Shown here: positions 9,577-21,142 of the stretch, one piece after another | Layout: each line of letters begins with the position of its first letter | Position numbering within the stretch: position 1 is the stretch's first letter | Assembly (NCBI RefSeq): GCF_000281045.1 | Contig: NW_008246069.1 | Location: 692,437 to 735,171 of the forward strand | DNA: 42,735 bases | Reading direction: 5' to 3' | Origin: Saprolegnia diclina VS20 | Lineage: Eukaryota | Notes under the pieces: generated by a model | The model's input: only the letters and a program-made list of their open reading frames with translations | Told to the model about the DNA's origin: nothing | Databases searched by the model: none | Program-made: the position numbers and the translations under genes

Positions 9577-12500
9577 TCATGTTATGACAAATTCGGGCGA
9601 GCAGGGATCGCCTTGGAGGAGCGTCGCGGCCTTGAACGCTTCCGCGTCGTTATCTCCCATGTCATCGTCGTCGTTGGCTTGCTGTACGCACGACGGACGC
9701 TTGGCTTGGACGATCCAATCGGCAAACTCGACCAACCAGGTGGGGTCGTCGTCCGCCAGGTGCACCGCGACGTAGGCCTCGACGGACCGCAGATCGCTGC
9801 GCGCCAAATGACCCCGCTCGATGCAGATGGACAAGAGCGGCAGCGCATGAGCGACCAAGAGCCGATGGACGGGCGCCATGTCAAGGACCGGCTCGACCTC
9901 CCAGAGCGACGCACCAGCGTCCAAGAGCTGCAAAATCACGTTCGGTGCGATCGCCGGTGCCAAGCATGCCATGTGCAGCGGGGTAAAGCCGTCGTGCTTG
10001 ACCTTAACGTGGCGCCCCGCGTTCGGCGTTGCGAGAAGCGGTCCAAGGACGTCGGCGCTGCCTCGTCGCGCAGCAAAGTGCAGCGCCGAGCCGCGCCACT
10101 CGGTGTTGAGCTCAACGCGCGTCGGGATTTGTCCCGAGAGGAGTGGCGTCAAGTACGCGACCACGTCCGCGCTGCGTCCAGCGGCAACTGCGAGTGCGAG
10201 GAGCGGGACGTCGGCCCCTTCGGGCGTGAGCTCGGCACCTGCGTGCAGCAGCTGCCACGTCGCGTTGTCGCTGTGCTGCACAGCGTAGTGAAGAGGGGCG
10301 TACGCAAAGTCGCCGTCCAAGAGAAGCGACGCCCGTGAGCTTATGCTGCGCAGCGCGGTTTCAGGGACGTCCGGTACGAGGTCCCCACAAGGCAGCGTCA
10401 AGACGTGGTACGTACCCAGGGCGACGTTGGCGCTCGAGACGTACGCGACACTGCTGTTGAACAAAGCGGAGGCGCCGACGGGCAGCGTGTCGGTGCGCCG
10501 GTCGATGGGCGATACGTCGTGCACGTGGTTGAGGCCCACGTCGGACTGCAGGAGCAAGTTGATGATCTCGGCGTTGGCGCCTTCGACGTCAGCCTTGCAC
10601 GCGATGTGAAGCGCGTTGGCATGAGTCGCCGTCGGCGCCGCCAGGTCTGCGTCATAGGCAAACACTAGGTGCTCCAGGATCTGACGCCGAGTCGGCTGCG
10701 AGTCTAGCCACATGGTGGCTCTTTTCGACCCCAACAACGACGTCCTACCTCGGAGGTGCTCGTAGCTCGCGTCAATGTCGGGCTCGGTGGCGCCGCAAGC
10801 AAAGTGCAGTGGGAGGTACCCTGACTGACTTGCGTGCAGAAGCAGCTCGGCCGGCGTCGATGGACACATGCTGAGGCTGTGCGGACGCAAAATGTTTTCC
10901 AAGCCCGCGGCAAAGATCGCGTCGAGCTCCACGAGGCGCTTGGCGGCGTCCGACTTGCCCTTGCGCAGGTCGTTGTGCACGCCGGTCGTGACGTCAAACT
11001 TGGTCGCGCGGCCAAGAATCATGTCCAGTAGCTGCACACTGGCCTCACCGCAGCGCCCGAGACAGAGATAGTGGAGGCTAAAGCAGCCAAACCTACACAC
11101 CATGCTGTTTACATGTCGCTCTGTGCGAGGGTTTACCGATCGCGGACAAACGGATTCGCGCCTCGCTCGAGCAACAGCTTGGCGGGGCCGCTGTGGCCGT
11201 GCAAGAGAGCGAGGTGCAGCGGCGTGCGCCCGAGCTTGTTGCACGCGTTCATGTCGCTGCCCGCATTGAGAAGCGCGGAGATCCACTGCTCGATGACATC
11301 CTCCGGGTGCTTTCTCGAGTCGAGGCGGAAGCAGAGGTCGCAGCCGCGGATGTTGGCGTGGAGGTGACACGTCGATAGAATCCAGTGCAGCGGGTACGTG
11401 CCGAGCTCGCTCGTGACGTTCGGGTCGCTGCCGCGCTCGAGGCACTGCGTCGTGTAGTCGGAAATCGTCTCGACGTACAGACTATCGAGCGCCTTGGCGG
11501 TCTCAAACGGGTCGCCCGTCTTGTGATGCCGCGCCGCGATGAGCGCTTGGACGGCCGGGTCTTGCACAACGCTGGACGAGAAGAGACTGAACTTGAGCAC
11601 GGGCGTCCCAGCGGCATTGACCGCATTCACGTCGGCGCCGGCGTCGAGGAGGGCGCGCACCATCATGTCATTGCCGGCGACGAAGGCTTGCATGAGGCAG
11701 GACGAACCGTCGCGGTCCGCGAGTTGCGCCGAGACTCCTGCGTCGAGCAAGAGCTGTACAAGCGGCGCTTCGTTGAGGTCGATCGCCATGTGAATTGCTG
11801 CCTTGGCCATGTACCCAAACCGGCCAAAGTCGAACGGCCGAGAGAGCAAGTCGGCGTACCTACACCACTACGTTGTTGCATCATAGGAGAGCGATACGCA
11901 CCGCGTGGTAATCGTCTTGGTGCGTGCGACCGCGTCGAGCTGCGGCTGCGACCCGTCTTCCTCTTCATCCAAATACACCTTGAGCTTGGCCTGGACACTG
12001 GGCTCGCGTACTTTTCCGAGTTGGATCAGGTACTGCGCGAGACCGCGCAGGGCGCCTTGGAGACCATCGATCGGAGTCGCATCGATGCGCTGCGTGTCGA
12101 GGAGCGCAATGAGCATCGGCAACACGCCGAGGTGCAGACCCGCGTTCACAAAGAGGTCCATGTCGTACTCGTCCGGGGCCGATTTTTCATCCAAAAGAAG
12201 CGAGTGGAGCAGCGCGAGGGCGGCCGCAATGTTGTCGAGCGGCGAGTCGTCGCGGTGGAAAACGTGGAGAATGGCCTCGAGCACTCGCGCGTGGGCGGCC
12301 ATGGCGGGCGCAAGAGGGTCTAGGAACGGCCAATGACCGAGCTGGACGCCATCGGGTATTGGCTCCAGCGGCGCGTCCAACGCCTGCTTGAGGAGCGACT
12401 TGCGCCCGTTCGGGAGCAGCGGAAGCGGGCGCAAGATCGCGAGCACTTCGGTGTGCACGTCGAAGTCGGTGATTTCTCGAAGGAATTGCAGCAGCGCAAA

Positions 12501-14861
12501 CGCATGTGTCGCAATGCGCTGCGTGACGCGGTCGCCCGTCACGGGAATCTCCTTGACAACAACCGGCTTTTTGTCTTTGGCGCCCTTCTTCTCCACCGGC
12601 GGAGGCGGTTCTACGCACTGCGATCGTGCCAATGACGAGGGATAGCAGACGTACCGTCTGGGCGAGGCGTCGCGAGTGCGACCCAGTGCGCGTAGCAGCG
12701 CGCCAAGGCCGCGACGGCCTGCGCAGCCCACACTTGCGGCTTAGCGCGAACCGGGGGGTGCTCCAGAGGCGAAATACTGCGGTCGTCAAGCCCCCAAGGA
12801 AACGAGAGCGGGTTTTCAAGCAAGATGTCGCCGTCGGCCGCGTGGTGGACAATGTAACTTACGAGTGGACCCACGGGGCTCTTGGTTTCGTCACCACACG
12901 CCTAGCGCGTGGTGACATTTTGGTTGGAGAGGACGACGTACATCGCAGGCTTCCGTGCTGTGGATCGAGAGCGGCGCAAGGGCCATAGAGATGTACATGA
13001 CAAAGCTCGAGTACTTGGCCTCGACAGATCGTCGGTCGTCGTCGGTCGGCAACTCTGCAAGCGCGTCCGTTGCAAGTGGAGTCGACTGGAGTTTGAACTG
13101 ATCTTGCAGCACTGTCAAGAGACACGGCGTGCCGAGGAGGCCAAACTTGGCCCCGTTCTCTTTGTGCTGCACCACCTTGGCCGCGAGGCGTGCTAGAAGG
13201 AGTGAAGGGTTGACGTTTGTACATGTCGAGAGGACGACACCTGCGCGAAGCTGGGTCGCAGTGTCGGGGATCGCAAAGATGGCTTGGAAGGCATCGTACT
13301 GCATGAGTACATTCTCCTCGAGAAAGAGCGGGCCGTCGCCAGTACAAAGATGAAGAAGCTTGTCGGCAGCATTGCGCACCGTAGCGTAGAGTACTTTGGT
13401 CTTGGCGGCCTTCTCGGCCTTGGCTTTGGCTTGGGCCTCGAGCAGCGCAGGGTCGACTTCTTCGACCGGCGGGGGCGGTGCATCCTTTGTAGGCTTTTCC
13501 TTTCCACCCGGTTTCGGTTTGGCTTTGGTTTTTGGGTCGACGTCATGAGCGTCGGTTCCCTCGGACGAGCCCGAAGCTTCGCGCGGATTGCGCTCGTCGA
13601 CGACGAGGAAGTAGAGAAGCGTCGTCAAGAGGCCAGTCTGCGTCGCGGCTGCGAGGCTCGGGCCATGTCGCTCGACGAGTCGACCAATGGACGCGAGGAC
13701 GCTCAAGGCCGTGGCCATGTTGGCGGACGCCTGGAGCGTCGATGTTGAGAGAACGGCAGCCATCGCTTGGACGGCGTCGGTGACCATCGTCGCGTTTTCA
13801 GCGATCGCAAAGTTGGACACAATGTGCACGCGAGCGAGCACAAGCACGACGAGACTCAGACACTGGCACGTGGCGTCGACAATCTCGGCTTCGACCGTCC
13901 CAAGGAGGGCGGACGTCCAGCTCTGGAGCTTCTCCGTGAGGTGCGTCACAAGTCCGTCGGCGTTGAGTCGGTCGCGTCCAACGTCTACAAGTCGTGACAT
14001 GAGTCGAGACATGAGCAATTGTCTGACCGCTTTGAGTGAGCCACTCGAGCAACTGCAGTGCAAGCAAGGCAAAGCGGGTCTCAGTGTGGTGTAAGAAGCT
14101 CAGAATGCCTTTGGGTCCGTCGTCAATCGAAAAGAGCGTCGCGATGGCCTCGTCGCTCGCGGTGGTGTGCTTGAGAAAGACGAAGAGACCGTTCAGAGCC
14201 AAATACTGCAGCTCCGGGGACGGGCTGTGCAGAGCTGAAGCCAGCTGCTCGATGGGACGCCCCAGGGTTAAGAGCGACGGAAGAAGATCGGAGGCCACCG
14301 CCGCCGCACAGCACTCGACCATGCTCGTGTAGATCTTGATGGCGGCCATCTACAAGCGGTCAATAATAAACGTGCAGCCTTGGTGGTGACCTTGGAGTCG
14401 TCGCTGAGAGGCATGCTCAGTGTGTTGAGAAAGTACTCGCCGCTATTCCACGGCGATGCGGGCTTCCGGCCTTCCTCGAGCACGTAGAGCACTGGCCAGT
14501 GCTTAGTCCGAGTCCAAAAGCGAATTGGATCGTACCGTTCTCGGCGCAGGACAGCGCCGGGTCGCCGGACGCAAGCAGCTTGACAAACATTAGCAGCGTT
14601 TGGTGCAAGACCTCGTGTTGCTACAAATGCCGTTCAAGAGTTGGTCGAAGAAGGTGCCATTTTTGTTGCCTTGGTGCGCGTCAGGAAGGCCATGAGGACG
14701 GCAACGCAGCCGCCTTCGCGGAAGAAGCGACCGTCCGTGCCGCAGTACGCGAGGCCCTCAATCTTCTTCCCCGTGTCTTTGAGTTTTAGAAGCTTCGTAG
14801 CACGCTTCCACGCCATTCGGAGCTCCTTCGGGAGCGGCGCCGCCGCCTTTGGCTCCGTCAT
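9577..14861 (-). CDS. Large (about 1,640 aa) protein with N-terminal ARM/HEAT-like helical region and C-terminal ankyrin repeats, 9 exons
   Basis: ORF-track fragments join in frame through eight short introns from MTEPKAAA (14861) to EFVIT* (9577). Ankyrin motifs include GRTPLHLALLHGHSGPAKLLLERGANP, GSALHFAARRG and GFTPLHMAC. The N-terminal half is Leu/Ala-rich and helical. Confidence 0.8.
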
Positions 14862-15531
14862 CTCGCGCCCCTTCCGGCGAAACGACGTGTGAAGCTGCTC
14901 CAATCGACGTTTCGTTCGCACGCCTCGACGTCGTTGAGTTGAGTTTGACCAACTATAGTTTATGGCTTTGGTTTGACGTTGAATATCACCGAGCATCAAC
15001 CACGACTGAGGCGCTAGTTGATGAGGGTGGTGCGGAAGGATCAGAGGGCATGGCACCCCGCCGAGTGTAGCCCTTCGAGAGGAAGCGCGCGCCACCTTAT
15101 TCGCAACTGCTTAGTGTGAGGCTGTATATGAATAATTTCTGCTCCAGAGACGTCTACTGCAAGGAATGTTCGTTCGCTCAATCTGCAAAGCCTTGTGTAC
15201 AAGATGGCGGGAGCGAAGGTAAAGTCCTTACGAAGCAACTTGCCACGCATCATAACCTGTTTTGTCTGCTCCCCGAGCTCCCACACGTGGTAAATTCAAC
15301 GGATACGACAACAGTATCCGGTCGACCCTGTTGATGCGAACACACTCGGAGATTTGCCGGCGGGAATCGCTCCATGCGTCTCAAATGTATTGAATTGCAC
15401 ACATCATGTCGCGTTGAATCGTGCAAAGCGCTCCATGCGACGTGGCCGCGGATCTTTCGAAAATGCACCAATCCCAGCGCGTTTCCAAAATCTTTTTGGC
15501 CAATAGACAGTCGTGCGCTTCGCTCCTGGGT

Positions 15532-15546
15532 TCATTTTGAAAGTTT
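15532..15546 (+). promoter_or_regulatory. INR+FPR-like core promoter element
   Basis: TCATTTTGAAAGTTT resembles the oomycete YCATTYYNCAWTTY supramotif and lies just upstream of ATG 15560. Confidence 0.45.
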
Positions 15547-15559
15547 CCGAGCCAAAGCG

Positions 15560-16242
15560 ATGCCAAACTTCCTGCTCTTGGACCTCACGGCCGTCCCAGA
15601 CCATGCGCGTGACCGCCTCCGGGAAGCCGGGTTGACCATCATCCCCCTCATGTACCTCCCTATCTCCTCTCATGAAGCACGAGGACGATGGGTCGCAGGC
15701 CCCACGGCGAAGGCGTTGCGCTCCGAAAGGGCATGTTCAAGCACCCGTTCCGCGGGGCGACGGCGCGGGAGCGAGCGCATCTCAAGCTCCTAGGGCGCTG
15801 CCACTGCCACCTCGAGACGATCGCAGTCGGGGGTGGGTTGCTCACGCGACTCACCGGCACGAGCAAACAAGGGACCTACGTCGACCGCGTCCTCTTGCGT
15901 GCGATGCCCGATTCTCGAGCCTGGAGCGCCGTACCTCATGTTCTCGCAACGCATAGAGCTTGGAGATACGCACATTCTATCAGAGGGCGAGCGCGTCGTG
16001 CTCCTGGGCCATCGACCGTTCGAGCTGGCGTACGTTCGGACGTCTCGCAGGTCGATGCGATACTTCCGCGTAGGTACATCTTCCGCAGCATCCCCGACAA
16101 CGTCTTCTACAATGTGAGCCGGTCTGATCCCGCAACGATGCAGTCGTACGATGTGAACGCGCTCATGGCTGCTACGTGGCCCTACGCTCGAAGCTGCCTC
16201 GTGGGCCTAACCAAGGACATGCACGACACTGCGATGGCGTAG
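15560..16242 (+). CDS. FHA-like domain protein, multi-exon; 3' end uncertain
   Basis: Splicing three short introns gives GRCHCHLE...TSKQGTYVDRVLLQLGDTHILSEGERVVLLGHRPFELAYIFRS, which resembles the FHA pattern SRxH...SxNGTxVN...LxxGDxIxL. The gene may continue downstream. Confidence 0.5.
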
Positions 16243-17658
16243 CAAGGTCGACTCGGATCAAATTCTTGAAATACCATCGTGCTTATGCGTCAGCTTGTGC
16301 AATCGCTCGTCAAAGACTCGACACGGCGCTGTTTGGTGGGTCGGTTTGGTCGCCGATATTTGATTGTCGACTTGAATTGTGGCGTGCAAATGCGACCCTG
16401 TACGAGCGGCGGTTCTGTGAGTGCTGCAATTTATGTCGTTGCGCTGGAGCCGATCTCGCAATGGTCCCTACAAGATTATTTGTGCGGGACTTTCTACTCC
16501 AAGCGTTTCCGTGAGTCAAAGTCGCTCGCAGAAACCGTGCCCATCGCCGCATTTAGCTCGGCCGACGATGCGCGAAATGACACCACCGCGAGGAGGCCGG
16601 CCATCCTTGGACCCCACCGACCAGGACGAGTCTGATCTAGATGACGAGACAAGCGATCGCCTCTTTGGCATTGACTCGAGTCTCCTACTGAAAAGCTACC
16701 TTCCAAGCACAGTGGCGGTGCACAAGGAGTTGCAAGTGAGTCAGTCGCATTGCTCGCTGCGACAATGATGGGAACTGGCTGCGTAGTTGACGACCAGCTT
16801 TCGACAGCCCAATGTGCGCCACCAACAAAATGTTGCATCAACGCCCCCTCAACGGGGACCAAGCCTTGCCGCTGCTACAGTACGAGACCCCCAGCGAACA
16901 TCGAGAGCAATGGAGGTGCTGCTTTAGCCAAGACAGTCATATTTCGAAGCTGCGCTACGGAACAAACTCCGCAAGGTATGGCTTCACAGGAATGCAACCA
17001 TGGAACGACGCGACAATGTATCATCTAGAGCTCAAGAGAGGTTCTTCCGAGCACATGTCCGTACAGTTAGATAGTCTTGAGTAAGCTCACGTCCGCGAAT
17101 CTCGTAGTTGAGTTCACAGATACACGTGTCGAGTCGTGCCCGCAAGTGGTGCAAGAAGCCCCCAGAAAGCCTCGGCCGGCGTCGACTGGCGCGTGTGGCA
17201 CATTGCGGTCGGCGCGACAAGCCTCTCAAGGCATTGCGCAACGACCGCTGGCAGCGACGACGAGCCCCAGCGGAGATATTGCGCCGTCGTTGGAAGGCGT
17301 ACGCATTCGGCAACAACGCATGCTGCTGCCAACTGTGGGGCAGCCCAACCAGCGCACGCCCAACCAGCGCCTCGCCGAAAAGATCGAGTCTATTGAAGCG
17401 TACATGAGAGAGAAGGACATACGACGCATGCAGTCATTATTGACGCCGCGCAAGTCAAGGCACGGCAAGTTTGACCACCTCTTCCACTTGAAGGAGAGTC
17501 AATGCCCATCGCCTGCAAGCCACCCGCGTCAGAACAATCCGCCCGTGATTCAACTGGCAATGTGGGGAACCGAGTCGCGCACTCCGGTACGATCGAATCC
17601 CAAGAAGGACATGCTCGTGCCCAAGGCACCCTTCTCAGCACGAAAACGTGTAGTTTAG
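16243..17658 (+). CDS. Hypothetical multi-exon coding region, possibly the continuation of the FHA-like gene
   Basis: GTGAGT...TAG introns near 16511 and 16736 join coding-like blocks (DQDESDLDDETSDRLFGIDS). The terminal exon lies in ORF 17077-17658. Full exon chain not resolved. Confidence 0.35.
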
Positions 17659-17829
17659 TCCATAGCGATAGTATTGTCTTCTTTCCCTCGTGTCATATCC
17701 GTTGTAAATACGAGCGTTCCTTCACATAAAAACATATTGAGCTCGATACATTGAAACATCGATCCTCCTGGTGACGGGCAAAAATGTCTGCGCATCTATT
17801 CTTGTCTTGACCAAGGGACGTGGGCTTGC

Positions 17830-18549
17830 ATGACAGGGCCGCAGCCTGAGGTGCTTCGTCCTCGCACAGTTGCGAGCCCCATCCGCATCGAAGGCAACAT
17901 GCACGATTTGTCGCTCAGTGGCGTGCGTTCCAAGCTCAGCCTCGAAAAGCCAACGCCAAAGCCCAAGCCAGTGGCCGAGAGAACGCTTCTACCACGAGAC
18001 GCAAAGCAACTTCGACCGCGCATAAGCATGGACGTGACCGTGGGTACGATGCTCAAGACGATCCAGTGCTTGAAGCAGGCGCCGTCCACCGACGAGCTGC
18101 GGCGTGAAGACAGCAACAACGACGCCCGCGTGAAAGCCACCGATGAGGAGCGTCTCAAGCTGCGTTTCAAGACCATGCGCATGAACAAGGTGTTTGTGAC
18201 ATCGGTGAAAAAAACACCGACGGACGCCCCGCCATTTCAAGTGGTGCAAATGGCCAAGCCTGCAATTATGAACTCGTCGCGGCCGCCGTCGCGAGCGAGT
18301 GTCTCGCGCTCGTCCAGTCGGGCGGGACGTTCAAATCAGTGCGGGATCTTGCTCACAGACGACGAGTTTCCTGCGCCCGCACCTCCAACGCCCGTTGTCA
18401 CGCGGAAGCAGAGCTTTCGGGACTTTGAACTCATTAGCCAAGAGGCAGGCGACAAGGTCATCTTTCGCGCACTCGAAGAAAAGCGCGGCCCTGACGTACA
18501 CGACGGCAGCACGTTTGAGTTTACAAGGTGGGACCGCAACGAGTGGTAG
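17830..18549 (+). CDS. Hypothetical protein (239 aa), low-complexity and basic
   Basis: ATG-initiated 239-aa ORF with coding-like bias; no recognisable domain. Confidence 0.6.
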   Translation: MTGPQPEVLRPRTVASPIRIEGNMHDLSLSGVRSKLSLEKPTPKPKPVAERTLLPRDAKQLRPRISMDVTVGTMLKTIQCLKQAPSTDELRREDSNNDARVKATDEERLKLRFKTMRMNKVFVTSVKKTPTDAPPFQVVQMAKPAIMNSSRPPSRASVSRSSSRAGRSNQCGILLTDDEFPAPAPPTPVVTRKQSFRDFELISQEAGDKVIFRALEEKRGPDVHDGSTFEFTRWDRNEW

Positions 18550-18703
18550 GAGGACCCAGTGTACAGTAAATGATGTGAAGAATAGCTCATTGTCGACGCG
18601 ATCAGTTTGCATTTATCGTCGACAATTCTAGTTCGTCTTCACGATCGACCGTTCACTCTTGGCGCGCCGAAAGTGCACTCGACGGTTTCACAGCTCAAAG
18701 GGC

Positions 18704-19847
18704 ATGACATCATCCGACTCGATCCTGGCGCTCATGCGCAAGTTTCGATTGACGCCAGACGACTTGAAGTACTATGGAGAGCACATCGGCGTCTTGCCCA
18801 ACATGCCGCCGACGACAGAAACCGCGTCGGAGCTCGAGACGGAGACGTTTGACCGCCGGTTCGGGGTCGAGAGCAGCCACCTTCTGCGATCGTACTATCG
18901 GACCGAGAACGTGTTACCCGAGACAGACGACGAGCCATTGATTCAGGTGTAGTTCCGACCGTGTGCTCTAGGCAGCCTGGCTAACTCAGGTTAGGTGACC
19001 CCAATTACGATTACACCGCGCTCCAACAACATGCTCCACGAGGTTCATTTCATGGATGTATTTGTGTTATCACGGCCACGCGATGATCTAGGCAGCGCAA
19101 CTCAAGCTACGACCAGTAAAGTATCAGCCTTTCGCTCGCAGAGAAGCAATGATGTCATGTCCGCCACGTTGCGACCTGGTCGTCGAGCCGCCGCCAGTGG
19201 TGATGCGAAAAAAGAAAGTGAAAAGGCCAAGCTCCTGCGGGCCAACGCGACGCGTACAAGAGACCGAGCCCGAGGCAGCGCAACGATTTTGGCCCGCTTC
19301 GCAGCGCATTTCGTCGGCAAGTCGACACCGAGTTATGTCCACGAAGCCGACCCCTGCCTTGCCTTTGGCGGCTCCGATTGCTAATAGTTTTGGCAGTCAA
19401 GCCGTGGCGCCACAACCCACCTCGACTCCTACGGCTTGCGAGCTTAGCATAGCGACACCGCTCCTTTCGTTGCCGGCCGCCACGTACCAGCGACCGAGGT
19501 CAGCGACGATTCATATTCGACAGCCTCTACCCGTGGAATCGAGTCCTGCTGGCGTCACGCCGACCCCAGCCACGCGACTCGTTGCACAACAAAAGGCGCT
19601 GTCGATTTACCTTAACCGCCACTCCAGCCTTCCGCCCCCAGAGCAACCCAACCAAGATACGGCGTCCTCTCAGCCACTACCTGTAGTCACGTCGTACGAC
19701 GGAACATCATCGCGCCCTTCACGCGTCCGCCGGAAACCCAAGCTCGACTGTAGTCGGCCCAGCTCGGCGTCCCCGAACCCAAAAGGCCGGACCGTGCTTC
19801 GTGTCTGCGGTGAGCTGATGTACTCTGTGCGCAGTGGCGACGCTTAA
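18704..19847 (+). CDS. Hypothetical P/S-rich protein, 3 exons
   Basis: MTSSDSILALMRKF exon, then introns at about 18948-18995 and 19043-19091, join in frame to ORF 19149-19847. Confidence 0.55.
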
Positions 19848-20127
19848 TGTATCACTACTTGGTCGTCACCAGTCGCGCTGTGTTGGCGCGGTTTTTTACC
19901 AAACACCAGGCAGACTGTTTTTTACCGGATACGAAAACGACGCTCGCAGTCGACAGCCGTGCTTATTATTATTCCTCTTGTCGAGTATATTGTATGTAAA
20001 ATATGAAGAGCGTATGATTTAAAAAAAGAAAAGAAACACGTGTTGCAAACACCCCGGTTGAAGTGATGGGCGGCGTGGTATCCGGATACGCCGGGCCGCG
20101 AGGGCGTGCCACTTTCGATTCGGCGGC

Positions 20128-21114
20128 ATGTACGGGACGTGGGGCAACAAGAAGCAAGCGGCCGAGAGCGCTGCGCCGTTCCGCTACTCGGTGATGAAGG
20201 GCGACACGCTCAGCAGCATCGCGGCCAAGACCAACATGGCCGAGAAGAAGATCCGCGAGCTCAACCCGATCGTCTTTAGCGGCAAGAGCAACAACGTGTA
20301 CCCGGGCCAAGAGCTCATCGTAGACGAGCCGCTCGCCGTGTCGCTGCCGCCGCCGCCCGAGTTCATCGACCAAGGCTGGGGGCAGATGCACGTCGTGCGG
20401 TCCGGCGACACGGTCAAGAGCATCGCGCTCGAGTTCAACACGACCGAGGAGGCGATCCGCAACGACAACCGCCAGTACTTTCCGAAAGGCGAGCGGGGCA
20501 TCATGTTTCCTGGCCAAATGCTGCACATCCGCGTCATCAATACGATTCCGGACCCGAACCACGTCGACGCCCACGCCATCATGCACGTTGTAACGCACAA
20601 CGATACATTCGACGCGATCTGCGCCCAGCACAAGACAACCAAGGCCCGCCTCCTGCTCAAGAACAAGGGCGCGTTCCCGAACGGCATGAAACCGCGCCTC
20701 GTGCCTGGTCAAGCACTCGTTGTCGGTCACAACTCGGCTGCGGAAGACCGCATGCGGCACATTGGCGAGGTGAAGCTCACCAAGCAAATCCACATCGTGC
20801 AGGTCGGCGAGACGCCCGAGTCGGTGGCTGCGCACTACGGCATGACGATCGACGAGCTGCGCGAGTTCAACCGCGCCTATTTTCCCAAGGGTTACCGCGG
20901 CGAAATCCGGCCCAATCACAAGCTTGTCGTGAAGCGCGTCGACAACCAAGCGGACGAAGATGGCCGCAACGAGGTGCAGGACAGTGACGACGACGACAAC
21001 GCTGCCGCCGTGCCCAACACGTACGATACGATTATGAGTCCCGTGCGAAAGCCGCGAAAGACCAAGAAGGCGTCGCGGCAGACCAACCAGCAGAGCGACT
21101 CGGACTCGGCGTAG
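20128..21114 (+). CDS. Protein with four LysM domains, intronless, 328 aa, no signal peptide
   Basis: Four repeats: YSVMKGDTLSSIA..LNP..VYPGQELIV, HVVRSGDTVKSIA..MFPGQMLHI, HVVTHNDTFDAIC..LVPGQALVV and HIVQVGETPESVA..IRPNHKLVV. Confidence 0.9.
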   Translation: MYGTWGNKKQAAESAAPFRYSVMKGDTLSSIAAKTNMAEKKIRELNPIVFSGKSNNVYPGQELIVDEPLAVSLPPPPEFIDQGWGQMHVVRSGDTVKSIALEFNTTEEAIRNDNRQYFPKGERGIMFPGQMLHIRVINTIPDPNHVDAHAIMHVVTHNDTFDAICAQHKTTKARLLLKNKGAFPNGMKPRLVPGQALVVGHNSAAEDRMRHIGEVKLTKQIHIVQVGETPESVAAHYGMTIDELREFNRAYFPKGYRGEIRPNHKLVVKRVDNQADEDGRNEVQDSDDDDNAAAVPNTYDTIMSPVRKPRKTKKASRQTNQQSDSDSA

Positions 21115-21142
21115 ACGTGTATAATAGACAGTTCGTGCAACT

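Noticed and set aside
11385..12323. Long plus-strand ORFs (also 9514-10338, 21322-22152, 31527-32030) and minus-strand 25140-25886, 26551-27357
   Set aside because: All lie antisense to well-supported genes and are expected from codon bias.
19891..19926. GTTTTTTACC direct repeat, two copies, upstream of the LysM gene
   Set aside because: Low-complexity 10-mer in a T-rich UTR/intergenic patch; insufficient support for function.
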